DNA of 64,000 nucleotides from an uncultured Methanosarcinaceae archaeon (GTDB lineage Archaea; Halobacteriota; Methanosarcinia; Methanosarcinales; Methanosarcinaceae): NCBI GenBank assembly GCA_963847185.1, contig CAWJYV010000006.1, positions 1 to 64,000 of the forward strand, read 5' to 3'. Shown piece by piece: positions 54,264 to 64,000 of this stretch (position 1 is its first letter; each line of letters starts with the position of its first letter). The notes under the pieces were generated by a model. It saw only the letters and a program-made list of their open reading frames with translations, ran no database searches and was not told where the DNA came from. The position numbers and the translations under genes were made by a program.

Positions 54264-54962
54264 CTACCACAATAATGGAATTAGTCTGTAACGAATTTTC
54301 TTGCAGTATTCTTTATACCCCGGTAGATCTTTGGATAGAAACTTTTCTTCATCAAGAAGTCTCCAGATGATGATCAGCGTAATAGGAATGAGTACAAACA
54401 TTCCCCACCATGAACCAAGCGCAATGGGAGTTCCAAAAAACATAATGAGAGCACCTGTATACATAGGGTGGCGGACTATTCCATAAGGTCCTGTTGTTAT
54501 TACTTTTTGATCGGCAAAAACTGTAATAGTTGCGGCAGCGAAGGTGTTTTCCCTGAAAACGAGAAAGATGAGAAAATATCCCAGGGCTACGAGAATGTCT
54601 CCCGCAATAATAATGTAGATCGGAACATTCGACCACCCGAAACGATGGTCTAATGATGGAATAACGAGGGCGGCAAAAAACAATATGTAAACAAACAGTT
54701 GTATAATCTTCTGAGTCTTTTCTTTCTCAGCACCAGGCCCGGTTTCAATCCTGCGCTCCAGAAGTTTCGGGTCTTTTTTCCATAAATAAACGGTGATCAA
54801 TGCTGATGATACAACAACTATTATCGAGTAAACCCATGCCTGCCAGAAAGCAAATGACCAGACTGGGACGAAAAGACATATTCCTAACATAAGAATAAGT
54901 TGCAAGAAGCCAAACAGAGTTTTCATTTTTAGCGTGTGAGATTTTTTACTAACGACATTCAT
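54264..54962 (-). CDS. Isoprenylcysteine carboxyl methyltransferase / PEMT family membrane protein
   Basis: EN.F, QKVITTGPYGIVRHPMY, EEKFL...PGY..YC...RYRLIP. Confidence 0.88.
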   Translation of the reverse strand: MNVVSKKSHTLKMKTLFGFLQLILMLGICLFVPVWSFAFWQAWVYSIIVVVSSALITVYLWKKDPKLLERRIETGPGAEKEKTQKIIQLFVYILFFAALVIPSLDHRFGWSNVPIYIIIAGDILVALGYFLIFLVFRENTFAAATITVFADQKVITTGPYGIVRHPMYTGALIMFFGTPIALGSWWGMFVLIPITLIIIWRLLDEEKFLSKDLPGYKEYCKKIRYRLIPLLW

Positions 54963-55195
54963 GAAATTACTCCTTTATATTCCCATATAATTTGAGTTCA
55001 GACGTATTTTCAATACCAAATTATATTCGGAAACCGGCATCAAATCCAATATCATATTTTAATCTCATTAGAATTAATTTTTACCAAATACCTCTTGTAT
55101 ACTTTTCTTCGATTTTGCAATTTTACTTCGAGAAAATAATAAAGTTTTAATTGAATACAGTAGTGTTATTTTGTAAAACTGGAATGAGGTAGAAC

Positions 55196-55867
55196 ATGAA
55201 GATAATCGGAATATCATCAAGCCCAAGAAGCAAGAATAGTAATACACTAAGACTGCTGAATGCAGCCATGGACGGAGCCGCAGAAGCCGGAGCTGAAATA
55301 GAGTTAATCGATGTCGCAAAATTGGAAATAAAATATTGCACTGCCTGCAATTCCTGCCATGACAAAGGTGTATGCTCAATAAAAGACAATTACAACACTG
55401 TGCTGGAAAAGTTGCTGGCTGCGGATGGCATTATCTGGAGCAGTCCCAACTACATAACGAACGTGACAGCTCAGCTCAAGACCCTGTTCGACAGAAGCCC
55501 TCTTGTAATCCATGAACAGCTCTTTGAAGAAAAATACAGCCTTTCCTTAACAACTGCAGGCAGTGATGAGCTCGACTTTGTTCTTGGAATTATGGACAAT
55601 TTTATGATACATTGTGGAGGCAAGACCATCGGAGGAGTAGGCTGTTCAGTGGCAAAGGGTCCTGAAGCAATGGAGGCAGCTATCGTAAAATCACAGGCAA
55701 TGGGCAAAGATCTTGTTGAAGCGATAAAAGAAAAGAGATCATACCCTGAACAGGAAGCAAAACACGAAGCCTGGAGAGCACGGTTCAAATACGTCATCCT
55801 TGCAAATAAAGACCATTGGACGCACAACTGTGATTACTGGATGGAAAAAGGCTGGTTGAAGGAATAA
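55196..55867 (+). CDS. Iron-sulfur flavoprotein (flavodoxin family)
   Basis: SSPR..SNT, C-x2-C-x2-C-x5-C, SPNY, LK..FDR. Confidence 0.9.
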   Translation: MKIIGISSSPRSKNSNTLRLLNAAMDGAAEAGAEIELIDVAKLEIKYCTACNSCHDKGVCSIKDNYNTVLEKLLAADGIIWSSPNYITNVTAQLKTLFDRSPLVIHEQLFEEKYSLSLTTAGSDELDFVLGIMDNFMIHCGGKTIGGVGCSVAKGPEAMEAAIVKSQAMGKDLVEAIKEKRSYPEQEAKHEAWRARFKYVILANKDHWTHNCDYWMEKGWLKE

Positions 55868-55929
55868 TTTTTGGTAATTCTCAGAGGGATTATTGGTAAT
55901 TTATTGGTGAATTTATTGGTGGGTTCATT

Positions 55930-56703
55930 ATGTTAAGCCTTGAAGAATTAGGGAGAAAACTTACAGAAGCCGGCAGGTTGAAATTACGTCCTCTATGCGT
56001 CTACGGCACGGATGAAATCCCTGAGGGAGCAGTACCATCATATACAATAGACCGTTGTATAGCAAAGGCAGTCTATACTTCAGCTCTTTTTGAAGAGACT
56101 CCTCCAATCTATGTTGAAGCAGCTCATGAACAGTGCTGCGGGGGTGGACTGGTGTGGCTGGGACTGACTGAACCTCATCCGAAACTGAAGTACTTTGTAA
56201 CTACAGGTACGCCTGACTTTAGGGGAGGGGCTGCCGAGCATTTAAAGGCTACACCAGAACTGTTCGATGAACAGAAAAAACGTGCAGGAAAAATCACTCC
56301 CCCAGGGAAATACACAGTCGTCAGTCCCTGCACTGATGATATCGCACCTGAAAGAGTCAGATCCCTTATTCTCTTTGCAGGCAGCGAACAAATCCGGAAT
56401 CTATGCGGGCTAGCCCAGTTCAATAATTCCGATCCCTTTTTTAAAACATTGATACCCGGTGGCCCTACCTGCGCTGTGATGATCGCTTTTCCGGCAGGCA
56501 TGGCAGAAAATGCTCCGAAAGCCTCGGCTTATATCGGACCTGTTGATCCGACCGGAAATCCCTGGCTGCCTCCGGAATTAATGATAATGGGCATTCCCGC
56601 AGCACTTGCGCAGCAAATGGCAGCCGACCTGGAAGAGTCTTTTATTGGCAAAAGGAGCAGGATAGCATATCCTGAGAATCGTATTATAGTAAAACCTAAG
56701 TGA
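55930..56703 (+). CDS. DUF169 family protein
   Basis: RCI, CCGGG, EHLK.TPE, PTCA, DPTG motifs. Confidence 0.75.
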   Translation: MLSLEELGRKLTEAGRLKLRPLCVYGTDEIPEGAVPSYTIDRCIAKAVYTSALFEETPPIYVEAAHEQCCGGGLVWLGLTEPHPKLKYFVTTGTPDFRGGAAEHLKATPELFDEQKKRAGKITPPGKYTVVSPCTDDIAPERVRSLILFAGSEQIRNLCGLAQFNNSDPFFKTLIPGGPTCAVMIAFPAGMAENAPKASAYIGPVDPTGNPWLPPELMIMGIPAALAQQMAADLEESFIGKRSRIAYPENRIIVKPK

Positions 56704-56901
56704 GGGGTATATAAAAGGAGTAAAACAAAGAACAAAACCGTTATTTGGCATGTAGAGACAAGAATATATTTAAATCAGGGCGCTAATTCTCAGAAAGCTT
56801 AGAATTCATTCGCGCAGGCATTTGAGGGTCTGGAGACCTCCTTTACATGCACTTTCTTTCGTATACTCTATTATCCGATCCTTTTTGGTGATTTTTTGTC
56901 T

Positions 56902-57738
56902 ATGAAAATTAGCCGTGAAACCTTTGTCCGGTCTATTGCAGACCTCCTGCGAAAGGCGGAAGTTGAGCTTCCTGATGATGTAGTGGATGCGCTCAGGAAA
57001 GCTGAAGCTACAGAAAAAAGCCAGGTCGCAAGGTCTCAGCTTCAGGCAATCCTGAAGAATATCGAGCTTGCAAAAAAACATGGAGTCCCGATGTGCCAGG
57101 ATACTGGGATCCTGATTTTCTTTGTGGAACTCGGGACGGAGTTTCAGCCTGGCTTTGATCTGGAAGCCGCAATTAGAGAAGCGGTTATCCTTGCAACAGC
57201 CGAGATCCCTCTCCGTCCCAACGCAGTCGAACCCCTAACCCGTAAGAATAGCGGAGACAATACGGGGGCAGGCATTCCGGATATCCACTGGAAAATTGTT
57301 CCCGGAAATGAGTTAAAAATCACCGTGGCTCCGAAAGGTGCAGGTTCGGAGAATATGAGTTCACTGCGAATGTTTAACCCTACTGAGACCGGAAGCATAA
57401 AAAATTTCGTGCTTGAGACCGTGGTAAATGCAGGAGGAATGCCCTGTCCTCCTCTTGTAATAGGAGTAGGAATAGGAGGCTCCTTTGATGCGGCAGCCAG
57501 ACTTGCAAAAGAAGCTTTGCTCGAACCTCTGAATGCTTCTCCAGACAGCTTTGAAAGAGAAGTCCTCGAAGCTATAAACACTCTGGGAATAGGCTGTATG
57601 GGGCTTGGAGGTAGCACAACAGCCCTTTCAGTACGCGTGAAAACTGCATACTGTCATACGGCTTCTCTTCCGGTTGCAGTAAATATCCAGTGCTGGGCTA
57701 ACAGGCATGCTTCAACTGTATTCAGGGAGGAAGAATAA
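56902..57738 (+). CDS. Class I fumarate hydratase / tartrate dehydratase alpha subunit
   Basis: PMCQDTG, KGAGSEN, CPP, GIG.MGLGG, HTASLPV, QCWA.R. Confidence 0.93.
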   Translation: MKISRETFVRSIADLLRKAEVELPDDVVDALRKAEATEKSQVARSQLQAILKNIELAKKHGVPMCQDTGILIFFVELGTEFQPGFDLEAAIREAVILATAEIPLRPNAVEPLTRKNSGDNTGAGIPDIHWKIVPGNELKITVAPKGAGSENMSSLRMFNPTETGSIKNFVLETVVNAGGMPCPPLVIGVGIGGSFDAAARLAKEALLEPLNASPDSFEREVLEAINTLGIGCMGLGGSTTALSVRVKTAYCHTASLPVAVNIQCWANRHASTVFREEE

Positions 57739-58316
57739 TGGAATATCACCTGCAAACCCCTCTGAAAAAAGAAGACATCGAGAAACTAGACGTCGGAGAT
57801 GTTGTCTATATTTCAGGAGAGATTCTGACAGCCCGGGATGAAGCCCATGCCAGAATTCTCGAAATGAATGAAAAAGGAGAAGAACTCCCATTTTCCCTCA
57901 AAGGAGCAGTCATATATCACTGCGGCCCCCTTATGCATAGGGAAGAACAAGGATGGAAAGTCATATCAGCTGGCCCTACTACAAGCGGCAGGATGTCAAA
58001 AATGACTCCTCCTCTCATGAAGATCCACGAAGTGCGGGCAATTATAGGAAAGGGCGGGATGAAAAACGTCGCCTCGGCCTTAAAAAACAGATGCGTTTAC
58101 CTTGCCTATACAGGCGGATGTGCAGCCCTTGCCGCAGAGTTGATCAAAGAAGTAAAAGACGTCCACTGGCTTGACCTTGGAATGCCTGAAGCAGTCTGGG
58201 TGCTCAGGGTGGAAAAATTCGGGCCCCTTATTGTAGGAATCGATTCAAAAGGAAAAGATATTTTTGCAGAGATTATGGAAAAGGCTGAGAAAGTGCTTGA
58301 AGAATTGAAGAGATAA
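57738..58316 (+). CDS. Class I fumarate hydratase beta subunit
   Basis: TARDEAH, YHCGP, GPTTS.RM, GKGG, LGMPEA; TAATG coupling. Confidence 0.93.
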   Translation: MEYHLQTPLKKEDIEKLDVGDVVYISGEILTARDEAHARILEMNEKGEELPFSLKGAVIYHCGPLMHREEQGWKVISAGPTTSGRMSKMTPPLMKIHEVRAIIGKGGMKNVASALKNRCVYLAYTGGCAALAAELIKEVKDVHWLDLGMPEAVWVLRVEKFGPLIVGIDSKGKDIFAEIMEKAEKVLEELKR

Positions 58317-58404
58317 AAACAGCTTTTTTAGCTGTTTTCCACCCATTATTATACCTGGTTTGAATTATAGCTGGCTAGCATTTTTCTTTTGTTCCCATAA
58401 TGGT

Positions 58405-58695
58405 TTAATTACCTGACCAGTAATCAGGGTTATTCTCAAGCAGCCTGAAGGCCTTCACAAGAGGTTCCATCTTTCTGACAACGATTCTTCCGAGAAGGGA
58501 AAGATCGTATACTTTGTTCTCCTGAAACACAAGCCCATTTTCTTTTAGCTTTTTAAGCTGTGGCAGGGTTGCAACGGAATTTGTATCGAGTTTATCATTG
58601 ATCTCATCTATAGTCCTTGGTTTTTCTTTGAGAAAAAGAAGCAACTCAGTTCTCTTTTCCGAAGACAGGAGAATTGTGATCAGGGAAGATCTCAT
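58405..58695 (-). CDS. Winged-HTH protein (short or truncated DUF1724-type)
   Basis: SEKR..LLL.L.E.P....EI...L......LPQLKKL...Y.LS..G. Confidence 0.75.
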   Translation of the reverse strand: MRSSLITILLSSEKRTELLLFLKEKPRTIDEINDKLDTNSVATLPQLKKLKENGLVFQENKVYDLSLLGRIVVRKMEPLVKAFRLLENNPDYWSGN

Positions 58696-58791
58696 CTTCC
58701 CTTAGTGTAAGAACATAGCATATAATTATTTTCATTTTTAATTTATTAAAAGCCTTTGAATAGTGATATTTCATTTTGAGATTCTACTAAA

Positions 58792-60435
58792 TTATTTAGG
58801 AGTTTCTTCTACAGGAGCTTCCTCTCTCTTGTTATTCTGGTTAGAAGATATCACGATTCCAGGTGGAAGAGAGAATGTGGCAAATAAACCAAGTACCGCG
58901 AAAATCACCAGTCCCCAGAGTGAAGCTTTTATTCCCTGAATACGGGCGATTTCGTTGATCCTCAAGATCTCCTGTGCAAGATCAGGCGGGGCATCTTTCA
59001 GGATAGCTGTCAATTCTTCATCGCTCAAAAAGCGGATACCATCCTCTATTGCCAATATGAGCGGGGGCTTGAGATTCTCAGGAGTAACATTACTGTCATC
59101 AATGAGGGTAATGGCTCCTCCTGTAAGGCCTGCAATAAGGATAGAGCCCATCAGAGCAGTTCCGAGAGCCATGCCCAGATTCTGGGAGGTGCTCATAAGA
59201 GCAGCTGTCTCACTCGTCCTTTCGGGTACCACCTGGGAAAGAACGAGATTCATTACCTGGGATGCTATAACTCCTGCACCTATACCTATTAAGGCAAATC
59301 CGGTCAGCAGGGCAAACCCTCTGACCTCTACATTAATGGTCGCAGTAGCCAGTAAAAGCCCTGCGATAAGTACCAGTAACCCAACCTGGATGATGCTTTT
59401 CGGGGCTATGCGGGCAGATAATCTGGATGCTGTAAGCGAAGCAATTAAAAGAGGTATGGAGAGGGGGAGGTAGAGAAAGCCTGTCTGCATCGCGTTGAGT
59501 CCCAGGGCTATCTGGAAGAAGAGAGCCATGCTGAACAGGAAACCTCCTATAAGAAGGGTCTGAACCATCTGGACAAAAATGCCTGAAATAACCCCGCGGT
59601 CCCTGAGCACATCGAGCCTTACAAGCGGCATTTTCCCGATGGAGATGATATGGCTTTCCCAGAGGGCGAAGCATAGCAGGATAATGCCTCCTGCTGCAAT
59701 AAATACCGGGGTGGGGGAAAGACCGAACGGGGAAATCTCGATTCCTGCTATGGAAAAGGGTTGAAGTGCCTTCCACCAGCCGTAGGTTCCTGCCAGTAAT
59801 ATGCCAAAAACAATAAGCCCCATTCCAAGTGCAGAGAGTATCGAGCCAACTATGTCCAGCTTTGGTTTCTCTTCAGTCTCAAGGGGCGCATCCAGAATAT
59901 ACCGGCTTAGCAACAGGACAATGAGTACGATCAGCACTTCCCCTCCAAAGGCAAGCCTCCAGGTGTACTCAGTTGTCAGCCAGCCTCCTATAATGGGCCC
60001 GAGGGCAATTGCGCTTGCAACAATTCCTCCTAATATGCCATAAGCAAGTGCACGGTCCTTCCCGCTGTAGTTTGAGGTCACCAGCGTCTGGATAGCAGGC
60101 ATGACAAGGGTTGCCCCAAGCCCTTCAAGGATTGACCAGCCTATAAACAGTACAGCCATCGTCGGGCTGATTGAAGTCAGGAAAGAACCGGCACCGTAGA
60201 TGATAAGCCCTATCCTGAATGCCCTTTTTCTGCCAATAATATCTCCAATCTTTCCCCCGGTAATCATAAATGAGGCCATTAAAAGGGCATAAAGTGTAAT
60301 TGCAGCCTGGACAGTGGCAACATCAGTATCGAAATCTTCTATTAGTGTTGAAATTGAAACATTCATTATTGTCGTATCGATAACGAGAACAAACATTGCA
60401 AGTACGAGTGCAGCAAGTACAGTCTTTCTCTCCAT
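58792..60435 (-). CDS. MFS drug/H+ antiporter (DHA2-like)
   Basis: IDTTIMNVS, GKIGDIIGRKR motif A, GPIIGG; about 14 TM segments. Confidence 0.92.
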   Translation of the reverse strand: MERKTVLAALVLAMFVLVIDTTIMNVSISTLIEDFDTDVATVQAAITLYALLMASFMITGGKIGDIIGRKRAFRIGLIIYGAGSFLTSISPTMAVLFIGWSILEGLGATLVMPAIQTLVTSNYSGKDRALAYGILGGIVASAIALGPIIGGWLTTEYTWRLAFGGEVLIVLIVLLLSRYILDAPLETEEKPKLDIVGSILSALGMGLIVFGILLAGTYGWWKALQPFSIAGIEISPFGLSPTPVFIAAGGIILLCFALWESHIISIGKMPLVRLDVLRDRGVISGIFVQMVQTLLIGGFLFSMALFFQIALGLNAMQTGFLYLPLSIPLLIASLTASRLSARIAPKSIIQVGLLVLIAGLLLATATINVEVRGFALLTGFALIGIGAGVIASQVMNLVLSQVVPERTSETAALMSTSQNLGMALGTALMGSILIAGLTGGAITLIDDSNVTPENLKPPLILAIEDGIRFLSDEELTAILKDAPPDLAQEILRINEIARIQGIKASLWGLVIFAVLGLFATFSLPPGIVISSNQNNKREEAPVEETPK

Positions 60436-60619
60436 GTCACCGCCTCCTATAAGTCGATATAAGGCGCAATACCTGCAATTAGAAGCTCATCCCATTCTGT
60501 TTACAGCCGGATATCCCCGGGATTAAAACAGGAGCATAAAGGTACGAATCTTTTCTTGATTACTTTAAGTATCATATCTATGCTACCTGCATCTTCACTC
60601 CTTATACCACCTTCATTCC

Positions 60620-61000
60620 TTAATCTGTCCCGAATGCTTCCCTGACCCCCGGCAGCATGATATAGATGAGTATAAGGGCGTTAATAATTACTGAAAAGTT
60701 TACATCATACCACGAACCGCCTGTAACCAGCACCACAAAATCCAGGCACAGATTGAATATCGTAATAACGGCCAGAAACATCCAGGCCTGCCGGTCTACC
60801 TGCCAGAGCATGTGAGCCACCCACGCCCATATGTAAGCCATCAGGCCGTACAATAGAGCATACCAGAGGCTGAAGATACGGATATCAAGAGGCCCTATAA
60901 AAGGCAAAAATCCAAGAAAACGAAGCATTACAATAGCATTTAAAAATGCCAGCAATACAGCCGCAAAAGTCAGAATAGTAACACCAATAGGTCTGTCCAT
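60620..61000 (-). CDS. Hypothetical 4-TM membrane protein
   Basis: RP.GVTIL...P.VREAF; aggag RBS. Confidence 0.75.
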   Translation of the reverse strand: MDRPIGVTILTFAAVLLAFLNAIVMLRFLGFLPFIGPLDIRIFSLWYALLYGLMAYIWAWVAHMLWQVDRQAWMFLAVITIFNLCLDFVVLVTGGSWYDVNFSVIINALILIYIMLPGVREAFGTD

Positions 61001-61034
61001 ATTCTTGTCTCCTTATTTTTATCTTGAAAATTCT

Positions 61035-61607
61035 TTACTCAGTCCGCATTTTCAGTCCTCCAATGACTGCCCCGAGTCCCCCGAGAATGAGGAAAAAACC
61101 GAATATCCATGGCAAAATCAGAACCCCTGCCAGAGAGTTGCTTAAAAGAAGCAGGCCGAGGATCACGGTAAGGATACCGATGATTCCAATTCCCCATCCA
61201 CCTCCTTTAAGTGCAAGGGCAATTTTCACGATACCATTGATAATAGCCCATATCCCTATGAATATAACAAAGAATGCAAGAACTATGATAGGACTGTAGA
61301 TTGGATACATCAGTATAAGGGCTCCTGCAATAATGCTCAGGATACCTGAAAGCAATTTCCACAACCTGTTCCCCGAGAATATCAGAGCCCCTATGAAAGA
61401 AAGAATACCTTCTGCCAGCCAGAAAATACCCAGGATCTGTAAGAGAAAGATAGTGGTTACTGCAGGTCTGTATAACAGGAAAAGACCTACAATAATAGCA
61501 ATAATCCCTTCCAGCAGAACTACCCACCAGGGCACCTGCAATATTTGATATCCTATCTCGACATCAGAATCAATTTGTTGTTCCACAGCTTCAACTGGTT
61601 GTTCCAT
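61035..61607 (-). CDS. HdeD / DUF308 membrane protein
   Basis: WW...LEGII.II.G..L...P repeats; ggggag RBS before ATG 61607. Confidence 0.85.
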   Translation of the reverse strand: MEQPVEAVEQQIDSDVEIGYQILQVPWWVVLLEGIIAIIVGLFLLYRPAVTTIFLLQILGIFWLAEGILSFIGALIFSGNRLWKLLSGILSIIAGALILMYPIYSPIIVLAFFVIFIGIWAIINGIVKIALALKGGGWGIGIIGILTVILGLLLLSNSLAGVLILPWIFGFFLILGGLGAVIGGLKMRTE

Positions 61608-62254
61608 GTTAATCTCCCCAATTCTTTTATGTCTCATACTGATTCTACCCGCTATCAGAATAGAGGGATAAGCACAGCTAAAGAGGCATAAAGAAACCAC
61701 TAATCCTGACTACGGGAACTTTCTGTCTCCGGATATTTCATGTACACTGCGGAATATCCAGAATTTCAGGTACATTGAGGAATATCCAGAATAAAAGAGA
61801 AGATAACCTTCCCCCTCCGAAAAGGAGGGGGATCTCCTCTTTCCGATGCATGCACTAGTGAAACGCCTTATTAATGCATTCCATCCCCAGCAGTCCGAGT
61901 TTTTAAATATATTTTTGCGAATAAGGACTGAATGGATGAATCATTTCTACCATTGAGAGCAATGGTACGATACAGGCTTAATAGATTATCCATATATCAC
62001 TGCACCATTACGAAGACGGATTTGTTAGGATGTCAATTTAAATATCAGTATTTCAGTATCAGCATTTCAATACCAGTATTTTAATACAGCATTAGTTTCC
62101 TCTGAATATTCAACCGAAGACGAAACAGTGATATGAATAATTATATACAAATAATAAGATATAAAACAACTTATTATTATTTCTCAAAAAAAGGCTCTTT
62201 TATCCGGGAATGAAGGCTAGATACCATACGCAAAGAAACAAATAAAAGGGAAAA

Positions 62255-62330
62255 CACGTAAAAAAAGGGAAAAGGAAACGGGTAAACGAGAAAACAGGTA
62301 AACAAGGAAACAGGTAAATAAGGAAACTGT
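62255..62330. repeat. Degenerate ~16-bp tandem repeat
   Basis: ggaaac(a/g)ggtaaac.. units. Confidence 0.5.
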
Positions 62331-62363
62331 TTAAATAGAATCCCATATTCCAGAGGATCAGTG

Positions 62364-62885
62364 ATGAATCCGATAAAAGACCGGGATATTCCCCTCTATA
62401 TCTACCATGCCGGGCAGTGTGACCCGAAGAAGTGTACAGGAAGAAAATTGGCTCGCTTTGACCTTGCCCGTCTTTACGATAGGGTTGCAAAACTGCCACG
62501 TTCAGCGATTCTGCTCGACCCTATGGCAGAAAAGGCACTCTCCCCTGCCGACAACCTGGGAAAGGGAATTATTGTACTTGATTGTTCCTGGGAAGAAGTG
62601 GATAGGATCTTTCCTGAACTTGGGAAATTGAATCTTGAACACAGAGCTCTTCCCTACTTGCTTGCAGGCAACCCTGTGAATTTCGGAAGGCCTTTCAAAC
62701 TCAATTCTGCTGAGGCTTTTGCAGCGGCCCTTTACATTTTAGGATACAAAGAGCAGGCTGAAAGAGTGCTTGCCAAGTTTAACTGGGGGCACAGTTTTCT
62801 TGAGCTGAATAAGGAGCCGCTTGAGGAATATTCAACTGCAAAGAACAGCACTGAAATTGTAGAAATACAGAGCCATTACATCTAA
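62364..62885 (+). CDS. tsr3: 16S rRNA aminocarboxypropyltransferase Tsr3 (DUF367)
   Basis: [43 protein letters not shown]. Confidence 0.95.
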   Translation: MNPIKDRDIPLYIYHAGQCDPKKCTGRKLARFDLARLYDRVAKLPRSAILLDPMAEKALSPADNLGKGIIVLDCSWEEVDRIFPELGKLNLEHRALPYLLAGNPVNFGRPFKLNSAEAFAAALYILGYKEQAERVLAKFNWGHSFLELNKEPLEEYSTAKNSTEIVEIQSHYI

Positions 62886-62993
62886 AAATGTTCATTACAT
62901 CTAAAAATGTTTATTATCTGAAGATTTCTTTTCTCTTTGACAAGCTGGAAAAGTGAAAGTTCTGATGCAAAGATTTGAAATAAAAAAGAATGC

Positions 62994-63506
62994 TTGAAAG
63001 AAGAGGGTGTTTGCATAGTCAGAGCATTGGTCAAAAAACAAATCGGAGTTATCGGAGCAGGGAACTGCGGCAACGATGGCAGGATCCTGGCAGAGATGGT
63101 TGGGAGAGAAATAGCCAGAAAGGGAGCTATTCTTCTCTGCGGAGGTCTTGGAGGCGTTATGGAAGCCGCAGCATATGGCGCAAAGCAGGAAGGAGGAGTA
63201 ACCCTGGGAATTTTGCCCGGAAAACTCAGAGAAGAAGCAAATCCCTGGATAGATATCGTAGTCCTCAGTGGCATGGGGCACGCCAGAAATGTTCTTATAG
63301 CGCAGTCTTCGGATGCTTTAATTGCAGTTGACGGGAAGTATGGGACCCTTTCGGAAATAGCGCTCGGCCTGAAGATGGAAAAACCTGTTGTCACGCTTGA
63401 ATCAAAATGGGAAATAGAAGGCGCTCACAGGGCAAAAAGCCCCCGGGAAGCTGTAGAGCTTGTTTTCAGTTTGATTGAAGATTGTGAAAATAATGGCAAT
63501 AAATAA
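62994..63506 (+). CDS. TIGR00725 LOG-family protein
   Basis: GGLGGVMEAA, GILPG, ARN, GTLSEIA; start uncertain. Confidence 0.88.
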   Translation: MKEEGVCIVRALVKKQIGVIGAGNCGNDGRILAEMVGREIARKGAILLCGGLGGVMEAAAYGAKQEGGVTLGILPGKLREEANPWIDIVVLSGMGHARNVLIAQSSDALIAVDGKYGTLSEIALGLKMEKPVVTLESKWEIEGAHRAKSPREAVELVFSLIEDCENNGNK

Positions 63507-63760
63507 CTGCACTGGAATTATAAAAAAGGCGGGTAAAGATAGAGTAAAGGCTTTTGATTAAGAGAGAATCAAAACGGAACAAAGCTATCTGAATCTGATT
63601 TTAGTTACGGAAGACAGCATATCTCAGAATTTGATCCAAAAATTTATATCGCAAAAAGAAACTTCAAGAAATAAGAGCCAGGCTTAGGCTTAGACTAACA
63701 GGAATGCAGGTATGTCAGTATTCCTCCACAAAGTTATGAAAAAATTTATCGGAGTTTTAA

Positions 63761-64000
63761 ATGCACCTTATTGTAACGGAAAAAAATATAGCAGCTAGGA
63801 GGATAGCTGCGATTCTGGCTCCAAAAAATCCAAAAAAGGACAGAGTCAGCGGAGTGGACGTATATCTGTATGATATGGGGTCAGGGGAGAATAAACAGGA
63901 AACTGCAGTTATTGGGCTCTCAGGTCATATTGTGGGAATAGATTTTCCAAAAGAGTATAATAACTGGCAGAAAGTTGAAGCTGAAGCCCTGATAGATGCT
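63761..64000 (+). CDS. topA: DNA topoisomerase I (type IA), 5' part, runs off the window
   Basis: MHLIVTEKNIAARRIA...GLSGHI..IDFP..YNNW TOPRIM start; ggag RBS. Confidence 0.88.
   Translation, partial: MHLIVTEKNIAARRIAAILAPKNPKKDRVSGVDVYLYDMGSGENKQETAVIGLSGHIVGIDFPKEYNNWQKVEAEALIDA

Overview
A Methanosarcina-type archaeal chromosomal window, identified from the frhADGB F420-reducing hydrogenase, the MC1 chromatin protein, DNRLRE/PKD surface proteins, NikR, Tsr3 and topA. Housekeeping blocks at about 0.7-6.4 kb and 50.7-64 kb enclose an AT-rich plastic zone at about 6.5-32 kb. That zone holds IS1634 halves, several MITE-like families, a degenerate tRNA-Leu 3' half (possible att scar), a decayed arsenic cluster, many gene relics, three type II toxin-antitoxin pairs and a small defence-like islet (TIGR02391-like, PD-(D/E)xK-like, HEPN-like). 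Highlights: (1) a frameshifted gene with all the hallmark motifs of eukaryote-type inositol polyphosphate kinases (48862-49646); (2) candidate structured ncRNAs made of serial hairpins each followed by a CU-rich motif (about 48.05-48.3 kb and 19.2-19.35 kb), plus two hairpins with different stems but the same ATTGCCAC loop; (3) an unannotated 43-aa C2H2 zinc-finger microprotein divergent from MC1; (4) a NikR paralog lacking two Ni ligands; (5) a PKD domain split by a ~300-aa insertion; (6) a bulged palindrome repeated three times, two copies bracketing a TA pair. Many single-base indels cluster at 27.6-33.7 kb, including one in frhG, and may be sequencing errors. All calls come from reading motifs by eye; no database search was run.
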